64,000 nt of DNA from a virus. A model generated the notes under the pieces. The model did no database searches, was not told the DNA's origin, and was given only the letters and a program-made list of their open reading frames with translations. How positions within the stretch are numbered: the stretch's first letter is position 1; every line of letters begins with the position of its first letter. The translations under genes and the position numbers were made by a program. Below are positions 17,844-27,292 of this stretch, piece by piece. The DNA lies in IMG/VR virus record IMGVR_UViG_3300047160_010363, positions 1-64,000 of that record; one strand, given 5' to 3'.

Positions 17844-19634
17844 GTGCCTCTCCCAACCCCTCTTCATCCAGGTGTTGCAGTTGCACTGCGACGCGCCGAT
17901 ATGGATGAGACGCAAATTGCCCAAGCTATCCGCGATGGTGAACTAGCGTCGCCGCAGAAGTTTGCCAATTCGTGGTACTTTGCGCTACGCATCACTGGGA
18001 CTGGTGCTGCGTACCGTCAGCAGCTCAAAGAGTACGTCTGGCGTGACTCTTCGCTCTACCTCAACGACCACTTCCTCGCGCGCTGTAATGGTCTCCCGGT
18101 CATCGTTGAGCACCCACCAGGGCTCATGCTCAACAGTGAGGAGTACGCCGACCGAAATATTGGCTCCGTCGTGCTCCCATTCATCCCAGATGGTGCATTT
18201 CTTGAAGCGAATTCAAAAGCTAAACCGGAAGAAGTATGGGGCGTCGCGAGGATACTTGACGAGCGCGCTGCGCGATACATGCGTGATCACGTTTCCAGTA
18301 CGTCACCTGCGGTTGTATTCAAAGATCCAGACGACAACGATACCGTCACTATGGAGGACGGTAAACATTTGCTCATCGAGGGGAAGCCCACGCTCCTCGA
18401 CCACTTGGCGATTTGCGAGCTTGGCACGTGGGATAAACAAGGTCCGCCCAGTGGTGTGGACGTGAGCAACGGAGAAGGTGGTATGGCTGAAGAGGACAAG
18501 AAAGAAGAGAAGATGGAAGAGGACGCTCGTGACGATGCTAATTCGAGCGACACGAAGTTGGACAAGATCTTGGCACATCTCGACAGTGCCCACAAGAAGA
18601 TGGACGCCCACGGGAAGCGCATGGATGACTTGTCCAAGCGCATGGACGCCTACGACTCCAAGAAAGACGACACCGAGGAAGAGGCGGAGCTCGAGGAGCG
18701 TCAGGCCAGCGAACTGAAGAAGCTCGCTGAGGAAGAGGAGCACGAGGCTGAGGAGGCGCGTGAGGATAAACGCGCTGACGATGCGTCTCACCACCTCCAT
18801 CGCCGCGACGATGAGAGCATGGCCGCCCACAGTAAGCGCGTCGACGCTTTTGCACGCAAGCACCGTCTCGATTCTATCATGTGCCGCGACGATGAGAGTG
18901 CTCGTGACCACTCGTGCCGTGTCGACGAGATGTCCCCTGAGGACTTCGAAGGCATGGGTGCGCCAAAGGCAGTTGAGACGTCCAATGACGATGACCGCAA
19001 GCGCGATGATCGTAGGGCTCGCGACGATGACCGCAAGCGCGATGATCGTAGGGCTCGCGACGATGATAATGAGGACGATGACGATTCCATGTCCCGTGAC
19101 GACCGCAAGCGCGATGACGATGATGACGATCGCAAACGCGCTGATTCGATCCTGAAAAGGGACATGGACACGATCAAGTCGGCAGTAGCTGCTCTTGCGC
19201 GTAAGGTTAAAGACCCGAGCGATGAGTTGCGTTCAGCGTTTGCAGATGCGCAAGCCAGGGCTGACTCTGTGTTTGCCCAGTTTGGTCAGCAGGCTCCGCC
19301 TCCATTGCAGGGTGAGCGGTTACTGCCGTATCAGATCAGGATGGCCCGCAAGCTCCAGCAACACAGCAAGATCTGGGCCAAGACTGACTTGGCTGCAGTG
19401 GCCAAGGCCGATCGCGGTGCATTCGAGAACGCATTGACGATGATTTACGCCGATGCAGTTCAAGCCGCGCGCAGCCCCACCGACTTGCCGCCGATGACAT
19501 TGCGGGAAGTGGTCAAGCGTCGGCCGGGTGGCGGGGAAGAGTCAACCTTTGTCGGCGACGCGATAGCGTGCTGGCTACCGTTTATGGCTCCTGGCCGAGC
19601 TGCCAAGCGGTTGAGTTTTCAGAAGAGGATTTAA
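17844..19634 (+). CDS. Head maturation protease / scaffold (DUF2213-like)
   Basis: RITGTG.AYR, NGLPVIVEHP, STSP, DHLAIC..G.WDK; long D/E/K/R-rich scaffold; start uncertain. Confidence 0.85.
   Translation: MPLPTPLHPGVAVALRRADMDETQIAQAIRDGELASPQKFANSWYFALRITGTGAAYRQQLKEYVWRDSSLYLNDHFLARCNGLPVIVEHPPGLMLNSEEYADRNIGSVVLPFIPDGAFLEANSKAKPEEVWGVARILDERAARYMRDHVSSTSPAVVFKDPDDNDTVTMEDGKHLLIEGKPTLLDHLAICELGTWDKQGPPSGVDVSNGEGGMAEEDKKEEKMEEDARDDANSSDTKLDKILAHLDSAHKKMDAHGKRMDDLSKRMDAYDSKKDDTEEEAELEERQASELKKLAEEEEHEAEEAREDKRADDASHHLHRRDDESMAAHSKRVDAFARKHRLDSIMCRDDESARDHSCRVDEMSPEDFEGMGAPKAVETSNDDDRKRDDRRARDDDRKRDDRRARDDDNEDDDDSMSRDDRKRDDDDDDRKRADSILKRDMDTIKSAVAALARKVKDPSDELRSAFADAQARADSVFAQFGQQAPPPLQGERLLPYQIRMARKLQQHSKIWAKTDLAAVAKADRGAFENALTMIYADAVQAARSPTDLPPMTLREVVKRRPGGGEESTFVGDAIACWLPFMAPGRAAKRLSFQKRI
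18987..19066 (+). repeat. 36-bp tandem repeat (about 2.2 copies) in scaffold
   Basis: GACGATGACCGCAAGCGCGATGATCGTAGGGCTCGC twice, encoding DDDRKRDDRRAR. Confidence 0.85.
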
Positions 19635-19637
19635 TCG

Positions 19638-20552
19638 ATGGTCGCCGTTCTTCCCTTTAACTACATCAACACCAATAACGCTTTTGGCGCATTCACCGTC
19701 CAGACTGACGGTGCGGTCCAAGGGACGTTCATGGATAACCCCTCAACCCGCTTTCAGCTGCGTGGTGGCGTTGTCGCGTATACCGAGACACTGCCGATGT
19801 GGGGTGGTGTCGGGATTTATGAGTTTATCCCGACTGACCCACCGTCGACAACCGCGCCGACTAGCCACCTTGGGGCGATCATTGGTCGTGCCACCACGTT
19901 GGCCTACTCAGTACCGTCGACCAAGGTTCTCAGCGGGTTTTCGCTGTTCAATCAGTCGTACAACGCGGCGGTCAGCACGCAGTCCGCTGTGCCGATGTCG
20001 GCGTCAGGCATGACGTTTAACTACGCCAGGTTGGGCTCAGGCATGCAGATTGTTGTGGCGTGCGACCCGTCGCTCATTAGTCTCGACGGCGGTAACGTCG
20101 ACCAGCCGGTCTCGTGGGACTTCAACAACCAGGTGCTTCAGCCCTACGACGCGAGCACCGCGACCTTCGCCATTACCTCTGCCGTGTGGGCCAGTACCAA
20201 TGGCGGTCAACTCACGATCGTCATGACTGTGCCGAGTCCGGTTGCTGGTGTTGGCGATCTGGTGAATATCTCTGGCGCCACGAACAGCGGTACTGGTGGT
20301 GCTGCGGTAATCAACACCAACTTTGCGGTCTCGGCGTTTACCGATAACCAGCACTTTGTGCTGGCTGCACCAGCGGCTGCTGGTGTGTTTGGCACCATTG
20401 GTGGTTCTCCAGTGCTCAACTACGGCACAGGTGCCCTCAATGTCCACGTTGATTCGATCCTGTCAGGCAATTCGATGGTGGTGAACTATAACCCCATCGC
20501 TAACTTTGCCAGCTGGTTGTACAGTGGAACCGTAGCGATCATCACTATTTGA
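19638..20552 (+). CDS. Head decoration/cement protein with inserted beta domain
   Basis: Between scaffold and capsid; PMWGGV.I.E, RLGSG, VSWDF. Confidence 0.75.
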   Translation: MVAVLPFNYINTNNAFGAFTVQTDGAVQGTFMDNPSTRFQLRGGVVAYTETLPMWGGVGIYEFIPTDPPSTTAPTSHLGAIIGRATTLAYSVPSTKVLSGFSLFNQSYNAAVSTQSAVPMSASGMTFNYARLGSGMQIVVACDPSLISLDGGNVDQPVSWDFNNQVLQPYDASTATFAITSAVWASTNGGQLTIVMTVPSPVAGVGDLVNISGATNSGTGGAAVINTNFAVSAFTDNQHFVLAAPAAAGVFGTIGGSPVLNYGTGALNVHVDSILSGNSMVVNYNPIANFASWLYSGTVAIITI

Positions 20553-20562
20553 GTTTTGTGGC

Positions 20563-20626
20563 TTCAGCACGGCTAGGGACTGTACTCCTGAAAACCGTCG
20601 CATCCTTAGCCGGCTGCCGTGCTGAA
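20563..20626 (+). other. Structured intergenic element (three-way junction) upstream of capsid gene
   Basis: TTCAGCACGGC/GCCGTGCTGAA 11-bp stem with two internal stems joined by GAAA. Confidence 0.6.
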
Positions 20627-20693
20627 AATTTTGTTGAAACCATCACGCGGATTTTTAGAGGATTTCCGCTATTGATTATGGAAAGGTAGCCCA

Positions 20694-21716
20694 ATGGCCA
20701 CTATTGCGCCGGCATTTTTGACGGTGAATCCGCACTACATGGAACCAGAGATGGTCGTGGCTTACAACCAGGCCAGTGGAGCGTTTGATACCCTGCCTGG
20801 GGGTGCACCGAGAGTCAGGCTGGGTGATGGGGACTTGGCAGTTTACGCCAAGCGCATTGACGTGCGCACTCGCGTAGCCGCCAGTCAGGCTGCTGCGAAT
20901 GTGCTCCCAAGCTGTACTGTGGTTAGCCAGTTGCTTGGCACTGCAACATATCTCCAGAGGGTGCGTGCGGAGTACGACCACCACGACACTGCCGCGGCTG
21001 GCAACTGGGGTTACTCGATCGTTGATGCGCACCGCTTGGCGATGCGTCAGGGGCACTTTCAGCTAATGCGCAATGCGCTGCTGTACGGGTACAACCCGGT
21101 GAATGGTGAGGGTTTTCTCAACGCTCAGGGTGCTACTGCGATCACATTGCCGGCTGACTCGCTTGGCGATACGACGATTGTTACTTATGATGCAGGGCAG
21201 TTGGCCTTTTTCTTAACGAACCAGATCGGTTTGATGAAGGCGCGCACCAACCAACTCGGCATTGGCCGTACGTTCGTCTTTCTGATGCCCCAGCGGGATG
21301 GCCAGCAAATTGAGTATGCGGACATCGTCCAGCTCGTTCAGTTTCAACGCACTGGTGCTGGCACTAACACCACAGCCGGTACGGTCAAAGACATCGCTAT
21401 GGATAACGGTGATACGGTGTTCTGGTGTTACGACGACACGCTGATCGGCAAAGGTGCTGGCGGGACAGACGCGATTCTGCTCGTTATGCCCGAGGTTGAG
21501 CGGCCGGTGGCGAATGCTATCAATACGAATGAGTTCGCGTCCCTCACGCCGTCGATGGCAGCGTGCACACTGCTCTATACCGACATGCCAGCGCCTCGTG
21601 AGATCCCAGTTCCAATTGCCGGTGGTGCCATCGACATCACTAGTGAGATCCGCACCTCGTCTGGGTGGGGCATCAGGCCAGAGGCAATCACGATTATCTC
21701 TGCACAATATCAGTAA
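20694..21716 (+). CDS. Major capsid protein (DUF2184-like, HK97 fold)
   Basis: 340 aa; RAEYDHHD, LLYG...GEGFLN, SGWGIRPEA; gene order. Confidence 0.9.
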   Translation: MATIAPAFLTVNPHYMEPEMVVAYNQASGAFDTLPGGAPRVRLGDGDLAVYAKRIDVRTRVAASQAAANVLPSCTVVSQLLGTATYLQRVRAEYDHHDTAAAGNWGYSIVDAHRLAMRQGHFQLMRNALLYGYNPVNGEGFLNAQGATAITLPADSLGDTTIVTYDAGQLAFFLTNQIGLMKARTNQLGIGRTFVFLMPQRDGQQIEYADIVQLVQFQRTGAGTNTTAGTVKDIAMDNGDTVFWCYDDTLIGKGAGGTDAILLVMPEVERPVANAINTNEFASLTPSMAACTLLYTDMPAPREIPVPIAGGAIDITSEIRTSSGWGIRPEAITIISAQYQ

Positions 21717-21726
21717 AGGAGTACAA

Positions 21727-22281
21727 GTGCCGAAACTTTACGTTGCCAACGTCACTTCCCAGGTGTGGGAGTTTGCGTACTGGTTACCAGAGGCACCGCG
21801 TCACTACACTCAAACGATCCAGATCGGCTCTCAGACGCAGGTGCCTGGCCCTGGGAGGGATCTTCAGCAGCCAGCTCTCGATTCGATCTTGGCTCAGCAC
21901 CAGCCTTACGGACTCGTCGGTGCTGACGAGGCTTTGCGAGGCAGTCATTTTTACGGCTTGGCGTATTCTATCGACAAACCAGTGCCATTTGAGAAGATGC
22001 AGCGCCTCGTGGCGAAGTACCGCGGTGTGCTGAACGACCGCGGAATTGAGGCTAGGCGCAACGCTGCGATTGCGACCAACGAGTACATTGAGCGCAACCT
22101 GTTTGAGAACCAGATGCCGGATCAGCTCAAGCAGCTGGACGTTTCTGTTGAGGAGATGTCTCGGCCCGAGCAGTTCGAGGGACCAGAGACTAGCCAAGGT
22201 TTCACGGTCGTTCGCAGTGAAGAGGATCGACCGCGTCCAACGCGCAACGTGCGTTCTTCGAGACGTAGGGTCGCAGCTTAA
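21727..22281 (+). CDS. Conserved post-capsid protein
   Basis: AAGGAG SD then GTG; KLYVAN, QHQPYG, YSIDKP. Confidence 0.75.
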   Translation: MPKLYVANVTSQVWEFAYWLPEAPRHYTQTIQIGSQTQVPGPGRDLQQPALDSILAQHQPYGLVGADEALRGSHFYGLAYSIDKPVPFEKMQRLVAKYRGVLNDRGIEARRNAAIATNEYIERNLFENQMPDQLKQLDVSVEEMSRPEQFEGPETSQGFTVVRSEEDRPRPTRNVRSSRRRVAA

Positions 22282-22287
22282 TATTTA

Positions 22288-22518
22288 ATGCGCGATATTC
22301 CAACTCGTCAGAAGCGTCGCCAACGTAGTTCCATGTTGATGGAGGAGATTTGTATCGAGTGTACTTACATTGATCACCCGGCCTCGTTGTATACATGGTT
22401 CTTTAATTGTGGAGTCATAGCAAGGGAGATGCAACTTACTGCTTCGCAAGTACATCGAAGATTATTTGCACAGACCACCGGGATTTTTCATATAATGCGT
22501 AAGTTTGGATGGGTATGA
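22288..22518 (+). CDS. Hypothetical inserted gene
   Basis: ORF track; AT-richer. Confidence 0.45.
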   Translation: MRDIPTRQKRRQRSSMLMEEICIECTYIDHPASLYTWFFNCGVIAREMQLTASQVHRRLFAQTTGIFHIMRKFGWV

Positions 22519-22560
22519 CGTTTATCGAGCTCTCCTTAAAATCCTGGAGATGGACCTTCC

Positions 22561-22767
22561 ATGGACTTTGTCAAAATAATAGAGCTACGAAGAGCTCCCC
22601 TCAAGAGAACGAAAAGATCGCTTAATCGGCTTATTTGGTGTGAGTGGCTAAACAAAACATTGACGTTAGGAGAGATGCTTAGTCTTAATAAGGAACAGGG
22701 TACGCCTGATTTGCCGACGCGTAGGGTAGTAATAAAACATATAGAAAACGAGAATGACCTTCATTGA
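22561..22767 (+). CDS. Hypothetical inserted gene
   Basis: GGAG SD; flanked by a duplicated gene start. Confidence 0.45.
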   Translation: MDFVKIIELRRAPLKRTKRSLNRLIWCEWLNKTLTLGEMLSLNKEQGTPDLPTRRVVIKHIENENDLH

Positions 22768-23593
22768 ACCCTCCTTAAACCCTGGTTTCATCCCGCCTAA
22801 CCCGCCCACAATCCAAGGTTTTTTGACCTTCATTCAGAATATCATGGGCGTGCCAGCGAGCTATCTGCCAGTGACGACGCCTTGGATCACATATGCGTTC
22901 AACCGTGCTCTGGCGATCGTTAATGCAGATCTGGGGGTTATTCCCAGTATTCAAGGCACGTGGTCGGTGTACTCTCAGGCTGTCTACAATCTTGCCGGTG
23001 CGCTGCTTATTGAGTTCGTGCCTGATGTGTCATACGGCATTGGTGCCCTCGTTTGGTCTGCAGGTTTGGTGACAATAACCACAGACACAACGAATGGTGT
23101 ACTGGTCGGAGATCCGATGGTGGTGACTGGTGTGTCGCCAAATGGTTATAATGGTCCCATCGTAGTCAACTCGGTCCTGTCCACCACACAGTTTCAGTAT
23201 CCGCTGAAGACTAATTACGGTACTGCTACTGTCCAACAGACGGTGCCCAACCCAGTCTACACAGACCGCGTGACGCAGGATGATCAGGTGCGCATCACGA
23301 CGGATGATGAAAACCGCATTATACTGCCAATCGACTATCAGCCGTTCATCATCCTCAGCGCCACAGTCACGGAAACATTCTGGGCTAATGCCAGGTCTAA
23401 TTACAAGATGACCAGCTTCACACCTGGTGTCGTGACCAGTTCTAGTGACGTAAGTACGAGCGTCGGATTGCTAAACCCGCAGTTTTTGCAGAATTTAACG
23501 CTTGGTGACCTACAGTTGCTGAAGACTCCATATGGGCAGGCGTACCTCGCATTAGCTCAAAAATATGGACCTAACATATGGGGCATCAGTTGA
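22754..23593 (+). CDS. Head-tail adaptor (DUF4054-like) with inserted beta domain
   Basis: Y..AVYNLAG; GVV.SSSD; LQLLKTPYGQAYL. Confidence 0.8.
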   Translation: MTFIEPSLNPGFIPPNPPTIQGFLTFIQNIMGVPASYLPVTTPWITYAFNRALAIVNADLGVIPSIQGTWSVYSQAVYNLAGALLIEFVPDVSYGIGALVWSAGLVTITTDTTNGVLVGDPMVVTGVSPNGYNGPIVVNSVLSTTQFQYPLKTNYGTATVQQTVPNPVYTDRVTQDDQVRITTDDENRIILPIDYQPFIILSATVTETFWANARSNYKMTSFTPGVVTSSSDVSTSVGLLNPQFLQNLTLGDLQLLKTPYGQAYLALAQKYGPNIWGIS

Positions 23594-23794
23594 GCTATCA
23601 GAATATTGGTGAGTTTATAGAATTTCTCAGAGAGAATGGTTACAGTGACATAGAGGTTATAAATGATCCTGAAGTAACATGGAACGTGAGGGTAAATGGG
23701 GGACAGTTTGTCGAGGGCGGCATAACCTTTATTCGTTACTTTGATGTTTACTCTGCGTATACCACTGTTGGTGGAGTTTACAAAAAGTTAACCG

Positions 23795-24226
23795 ATGACC
23801 AAGCTTGTTTTCGGCGTCAATGACGTGCCGTATTCAGGTCCAGGTAGCGTGACCACTGGTGACGTTGCTGAGATTCTTGAAGCCAGGTACGGTATTATGG
23901 CTTTCTTTTGGGATAATCACCAAGACGATATAGTCGGTCAACTAGAAGAGGCACTTCAGGGTAAGATCGACAATCTGCTGATGGGTGCTCCATCTTCTAA
24001 CTCGATGTTCGCTGCTGGCGACCTGTCTGGTGTCGAGCAGATGTTTCGCGCGTTTCTCGACAATCGCGAGATGGACGGCCGTGTGCCTGGTGTTCCAACG
24101 CAGGCAGCACTGGCCGGGGTAAGCCACCGGATGAAGCGCCCTTACTTGAAGTCCAATCCAGAGCGACCCAGTTTCATTGACACGGGGCAGTATCAGAGTC
24201 ACTTTGTCGCGAGCGTCGAAGAATGA
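23795..24226 (+). CDS. Neck/tail completion protein
   Basis: TTGDVAEILEARYG, GVPTQAA, RPSFIDTG. Confidence 0.75.
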   Translation: MTKLVFGVNDVPYSGPGSVTTGDVAEILEARYGIMAFFWDNHQDDIVGQLEEALQGKIDNLLMGAPSSNSMFAAGDLSGVEQMFRAFLDNREMDGRVPGVPTQAALAGVSHRMKRPYLKSNPERPSFIDTGQYQSHFVASVEE

Positions 24227-24444
24227 AGAATATTATATTTTTTACAGCGTTGATCATTCTGAGCATCATGGTAGCTGCGCCCACTATTCTTGCCCAGAAT
24301 TGCCCTTGGTGGGATTATCGCTGTAATTCCTACAGGTTTCAGCACGGGTACAAAGAATACGAATGGCGCGAACGGGAACGCCGTCGTGAGGACTGGCGTC
24401 ATCATGAGGAATGGTGCAGATATCATCCCTATGAGTGTCGTTAA
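24223..24444 (+). CDS. Small signal-peptide protein, R/E/H/W-rich
   Basis: Hydrophobic N-terminus ending ILAQ; ATGA overlap. Confidence 0.6.
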   Translation: MKNIIFFTALIILSIMVAAPTILAQNCPWWDYRCNSYRFQHGYKEYEWRERERRREDWRHHEEWCRYHPYECR

Positions 24445-24450
24445 ATCGCG

Positions 24451-24987
24451 ATGGCTGATCACCACCGAATGACTCAGTCCGGCCATGAACGTGTGATGAT
24501 GGACGGAATCCCGCGTGTAGATGTGGTGGTACCCCCGTTCGTAGTAGTGACCGGTACATTTGCACTCGGTCCGTTGACTGGAACATTTACTGTTGACGTG
24601 ACACCGCCACCTCGCGTGGCGACTAGCGTCCAGATCTGCGTTACTCGTTTTTCACCCAAAGATGGAGGCCCTTTGATGCCTGGTACTATCACGATGACCG
24701 ATGACCATGTGGCTCACACTCCCATCAAGTGGGCGGATGACGCTGGTACGGTGCCAGCTCCTGCTGACGCAATGGTGGTTTCAGCAGATCCGACCATCGC
24801 TACAGTGGCGTTCAATTCGGATATGACTGACGTCGACACCACTCCAGTAGCGGATGGTGCCACTAGCTGGACTGTCTCCAGCGCCAGTTTGAACATTACG
24901 GACACAGTGAGCGTGACTGTTGGTCCTCCTTTCGCCACCTCGGTGAATGCCGACGCTGCGGACACAACGTTCACGCCGAAGACCTGA
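24451..24987 (+). CDS. Ig-like virion protein with internal start at 24676
   Basis: SADPTIATV; internal GGAGG SD; paralog of 61732. Confidence 0.65.
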   Translation: MADHHRMTQSGHERVMMDGIPRVDVVVPPFVVVTGTFALGPLTGTFTVDVTPPPRVATSVQICVTRFSPKDGGPLMPGTITMTDDHVAHTPIKWADDAGTVPAPADAMVVSADPTIATVAFNSDMTDVDTTPVADGATSWTVSSASLNITDTVSVTVGPPFATSVNADAADTTFTPKT

Positions 24988-25043
24988 CACAAGCTAGACA
25001 AAGTCGTCTTGCGGTCGATTTACAGTGTGATTCCGAGCTGTAA

Positions 25044-26147
25044 ATGGCCACTATTTCAGAGTCGCTGCCAACGCGTCCGATACACGACGCGTTGGTGGCT
25101 GGCGTCGACACGCTGGGTCAGAACCAGCAGGTGTCGTTTGTGCCATATGTGCGTCAGGTTCTGCCAGTTGACGGGTTCGCATTTTGGATCAATGCGAACC
25201 TGCTCACCCCGGTTCAGATAGCACAGAACGGGCTGACTTCTGCTGATACAGTCGTTGTCGATGGTTCGCTTCACTACGCCTCGGTGGGTTCTCAAGTCGC
25301 CGACGAGACGATCGTGGTGCGTTCGGTGGACTTCACGGCCGAGACCGAGATCCAAGCGTTTGCCGAGATTGCGCCCAATGTGATCTATGTTGGTCAATGG
25401 ACGACTCCCATGGGTTCGTTCAATTTCACGTTCGGTGCCAGAAATAGTTTCTATCGTCAGGCAAATATCTTTCACTACGTTGGAGACGCAGTCTACCCCG
25501 CTTTTGAAGCGCAGCTGGTAGACGATCTATCATCATTTGACCAGTCACGGGTCGTAAGCAATAGCTTGCCGATCTGGCTATCGATGATGACGAATATTCC
25601 GCCATATTCGTTGGTCAACATTTCAGTGCCTGTATTTCCGGCGTTTTTGGTGCCGACGAACACTATCCCCTCTTACGTTGCGATTGAGATTTTGCCGAAC
25701 ACCACCAGAGCACTGCAGGCGATACCTTTACGCACACCGTCTTCTATGACGCACATACAGCTGGCGTCTGAGCGAGTCAAGATGATCTCTTACGGGCTGC
25801 GCAACAATGGCATCTCTGATCTGATGGACTATGTTCTCGATTACTCTGCGTCCACTGGCAATATAGGGATCATGGGTGCACCGATAATCAGGGATGAGCA
25901 CCGGCCGCAGGTCGAGCTGGCCGCGTTGGCTCAGAAGAAGGTGATTGAGTGGGAAGTCAGCTATTTTCAGTTTAGGGCGCGTGAGATAGCTCGCCAGTTG
26001 ATACTGTCTGCCGGAGTGTCGTTTCCGATCGTTGAGATCAATCGTTATCGCGTTACTCAGGATGACGCCTATCGGGTCACGGAGGATCTGACAAACCGTA
26101 AGATTGGCCCGCCTGTGTTTAATACTGATATGCCGGTGGCGATATGA
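25044..26147 (+). CDS. Head-closure / tail-terminator protein
   Basis: VLPVDGFAFW, GSLHY, VSNSLPIW, YGLRN. Confidence 0.75.
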   Translation: MATISESLPTRPIHDALVAGVDTLGQNQQVSFVPYVRQVLPVDGFAFWINANLLTPVQIAQNGLTSADTVVVDGSLHYASVGSQVADETIVVRSVDFTAETEIQAFAEIAPNVIYVGQWTTPMGSFNFTFGARNSFYRQANIFHYVGDAVYPAFEAQLVDDLSSFDQSRVVSNSLPIWLSMMTNIPPYSLVNISVPVFPAFLVPTNTIPSYVAIEILPNTTRALQAIPLRTPSSMTHIQLASERVKMISYGLRNNGISDLMDYVLDYSASTGNIGIMGAPIIRDEHRPQVELAALAQKKVIEWEVSYFQFRAREIARQLILSAGVSFPIVEINRYRVTQDDAYRVTEDLTNRKIGPPVFNTDMPVAI

Positions 26148-26395
26148 GCAGTACCTCAATGGAAGCGGGTTGGCAGCCGATTGAGACAGCGCCAATTGCA
26201 AAGTCCGATGAAGATGATATTTGGATTTGGGCTTGTCGGCGAGGTCATAAGCTGCCTATGCTAACTACCTATGATCATGAAAACGGTTGCTGGTACACAT
26301 TCAACTTGGCGCTTGAAAGAGGGATGGGTCGGCAGAATCCGAACTGGAGGTGGGAGCCGACGCACTGGATGCCTGTGCAGGAAGTTCCACAATGA
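26144..26395 (+). CDS. DUF551-like protein
   Basis: WQPIETAP...PTHWMP. Confidence 0.75.
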   Translation: MSSTSMEAGWQPIETAPIAKSDEDDIWIWACRRGHKLPMLTTYDHENGCWYTFNLALERGMGRQNPNWRWEPTHWMPVQEVPQ

Positions 26396-26437
26396 GGTGG
26401 CCAGCCGGACGATATAGAATCATGCTTAGCGACGTGA

Positions 26438-26776
26438 ATGATGGCGTTTAGGTTTTTCGGTCTGGGATTTCAGAATGTCATTGGTATTATAACGATATCG
26501 CCAACCACCTTTACGGCTGGAACTCCGAATGGAGTTATTGGCGCGATCTCTGTTCCAATGCTTACACCAACTGAAGCTTTCACCGGCACACTAGTTATTG
26601 GTGGAACTAATTCTGGTGGGTTTCAACTTTCAAGTGCCACGCTCCCTAGTAACTTGCTGCAGAGCACTGGCGGCACAGCTGCGGACACGTACACTGACTT
26701 TACTATAACCCCGACACAGGCGAACGCCATTAACTCCGGCGTTGCGCAGTCTGGATTCTCTATCACCGGTAGCTAG
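26438..26776 (+). CDS. Cadherin/Ig-like small protein
   Basis: T/G-rich; GVIGAISV, FQLSS, FTITPT. Confidence 0.55.
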   Translation: MMAFRFFGLGFQNVIGIITISPTTFTAGTPNGVIGAISVPMLTPTEAFTGTLVIGGTNSGGFQLSSATLPSNLLQSTGGTAADTYTDFTITPTQANAINSGVAQSGFSITGS

Positions 26777-26800
26777 AACACTCTGAGGAGATGATTTGAG

Positions 26801-27292
26801 ATGCCACGCTATCAGGCTATTCAATTGCAGTCCACAGTTTCGACCGCGTTTAAGAGCACCGGCGTGCTCTTTGCCAGCTCTGCGGTGCGAGCGCGACGTG
26901 TCAATATCTACGAGTACAATTTTGGTCAGTACGGTTCGCTGTCCTCTACAGACTCGCAAGTTTACTACGACGTGTCGAGATTCATCACCACGTCATTGCT
27001 TGCCGGCACGGCTGTCGCGCCTAACCTGAACGACCTTGCGGATGACGCGGCTCTCTGCATCTACCTCAATAATATAACTACTGAGTTGGCGGCGCTTTCT
27101 GCTGCCGGTGCTGGTCTTAGTCTGGTACAGGAAGCGCAGAACCAGCGCGGCACATACCGCTGGCGTGCGTTGGAGACCTATGATCTACTGACAATGCCGG
27201 CTACCAGCCTCAGTGGGCTCGACTTCCGCGTGCAGTCAATCGCGTCTGGTTACGCTGCGAGCATGGTCGGGCAGGTGTTGTTCTTGGAATGA
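26801..27292 (+). CDS. Small beta-sandwich putative filament subunit
   Basis: GAGGAG SD; strong codon bias; NQRGTYRW motif. Confidence 0.65.
   Translation: MPRYQAIQLQSTVSTAFKSTGVLFASSAVRARRVNIYEYNFGQYGSLSSTDSQVYYDVSRFITTSLLAGTAVAPNLNDLADDAALCIYLNNITTELAALSAAGAGLSLVQEAQNQRGTYRWRALETYDLLTMPATSLSGLDFRVQSIASGYAASMVGQVLFLE

Noticed and set aside
17811-17846. Genome-wide stop-codon reassignment
   Set aside because: TAA, TAG and TGA all end well-formed genes elsewhere; the in-frame TAA is local
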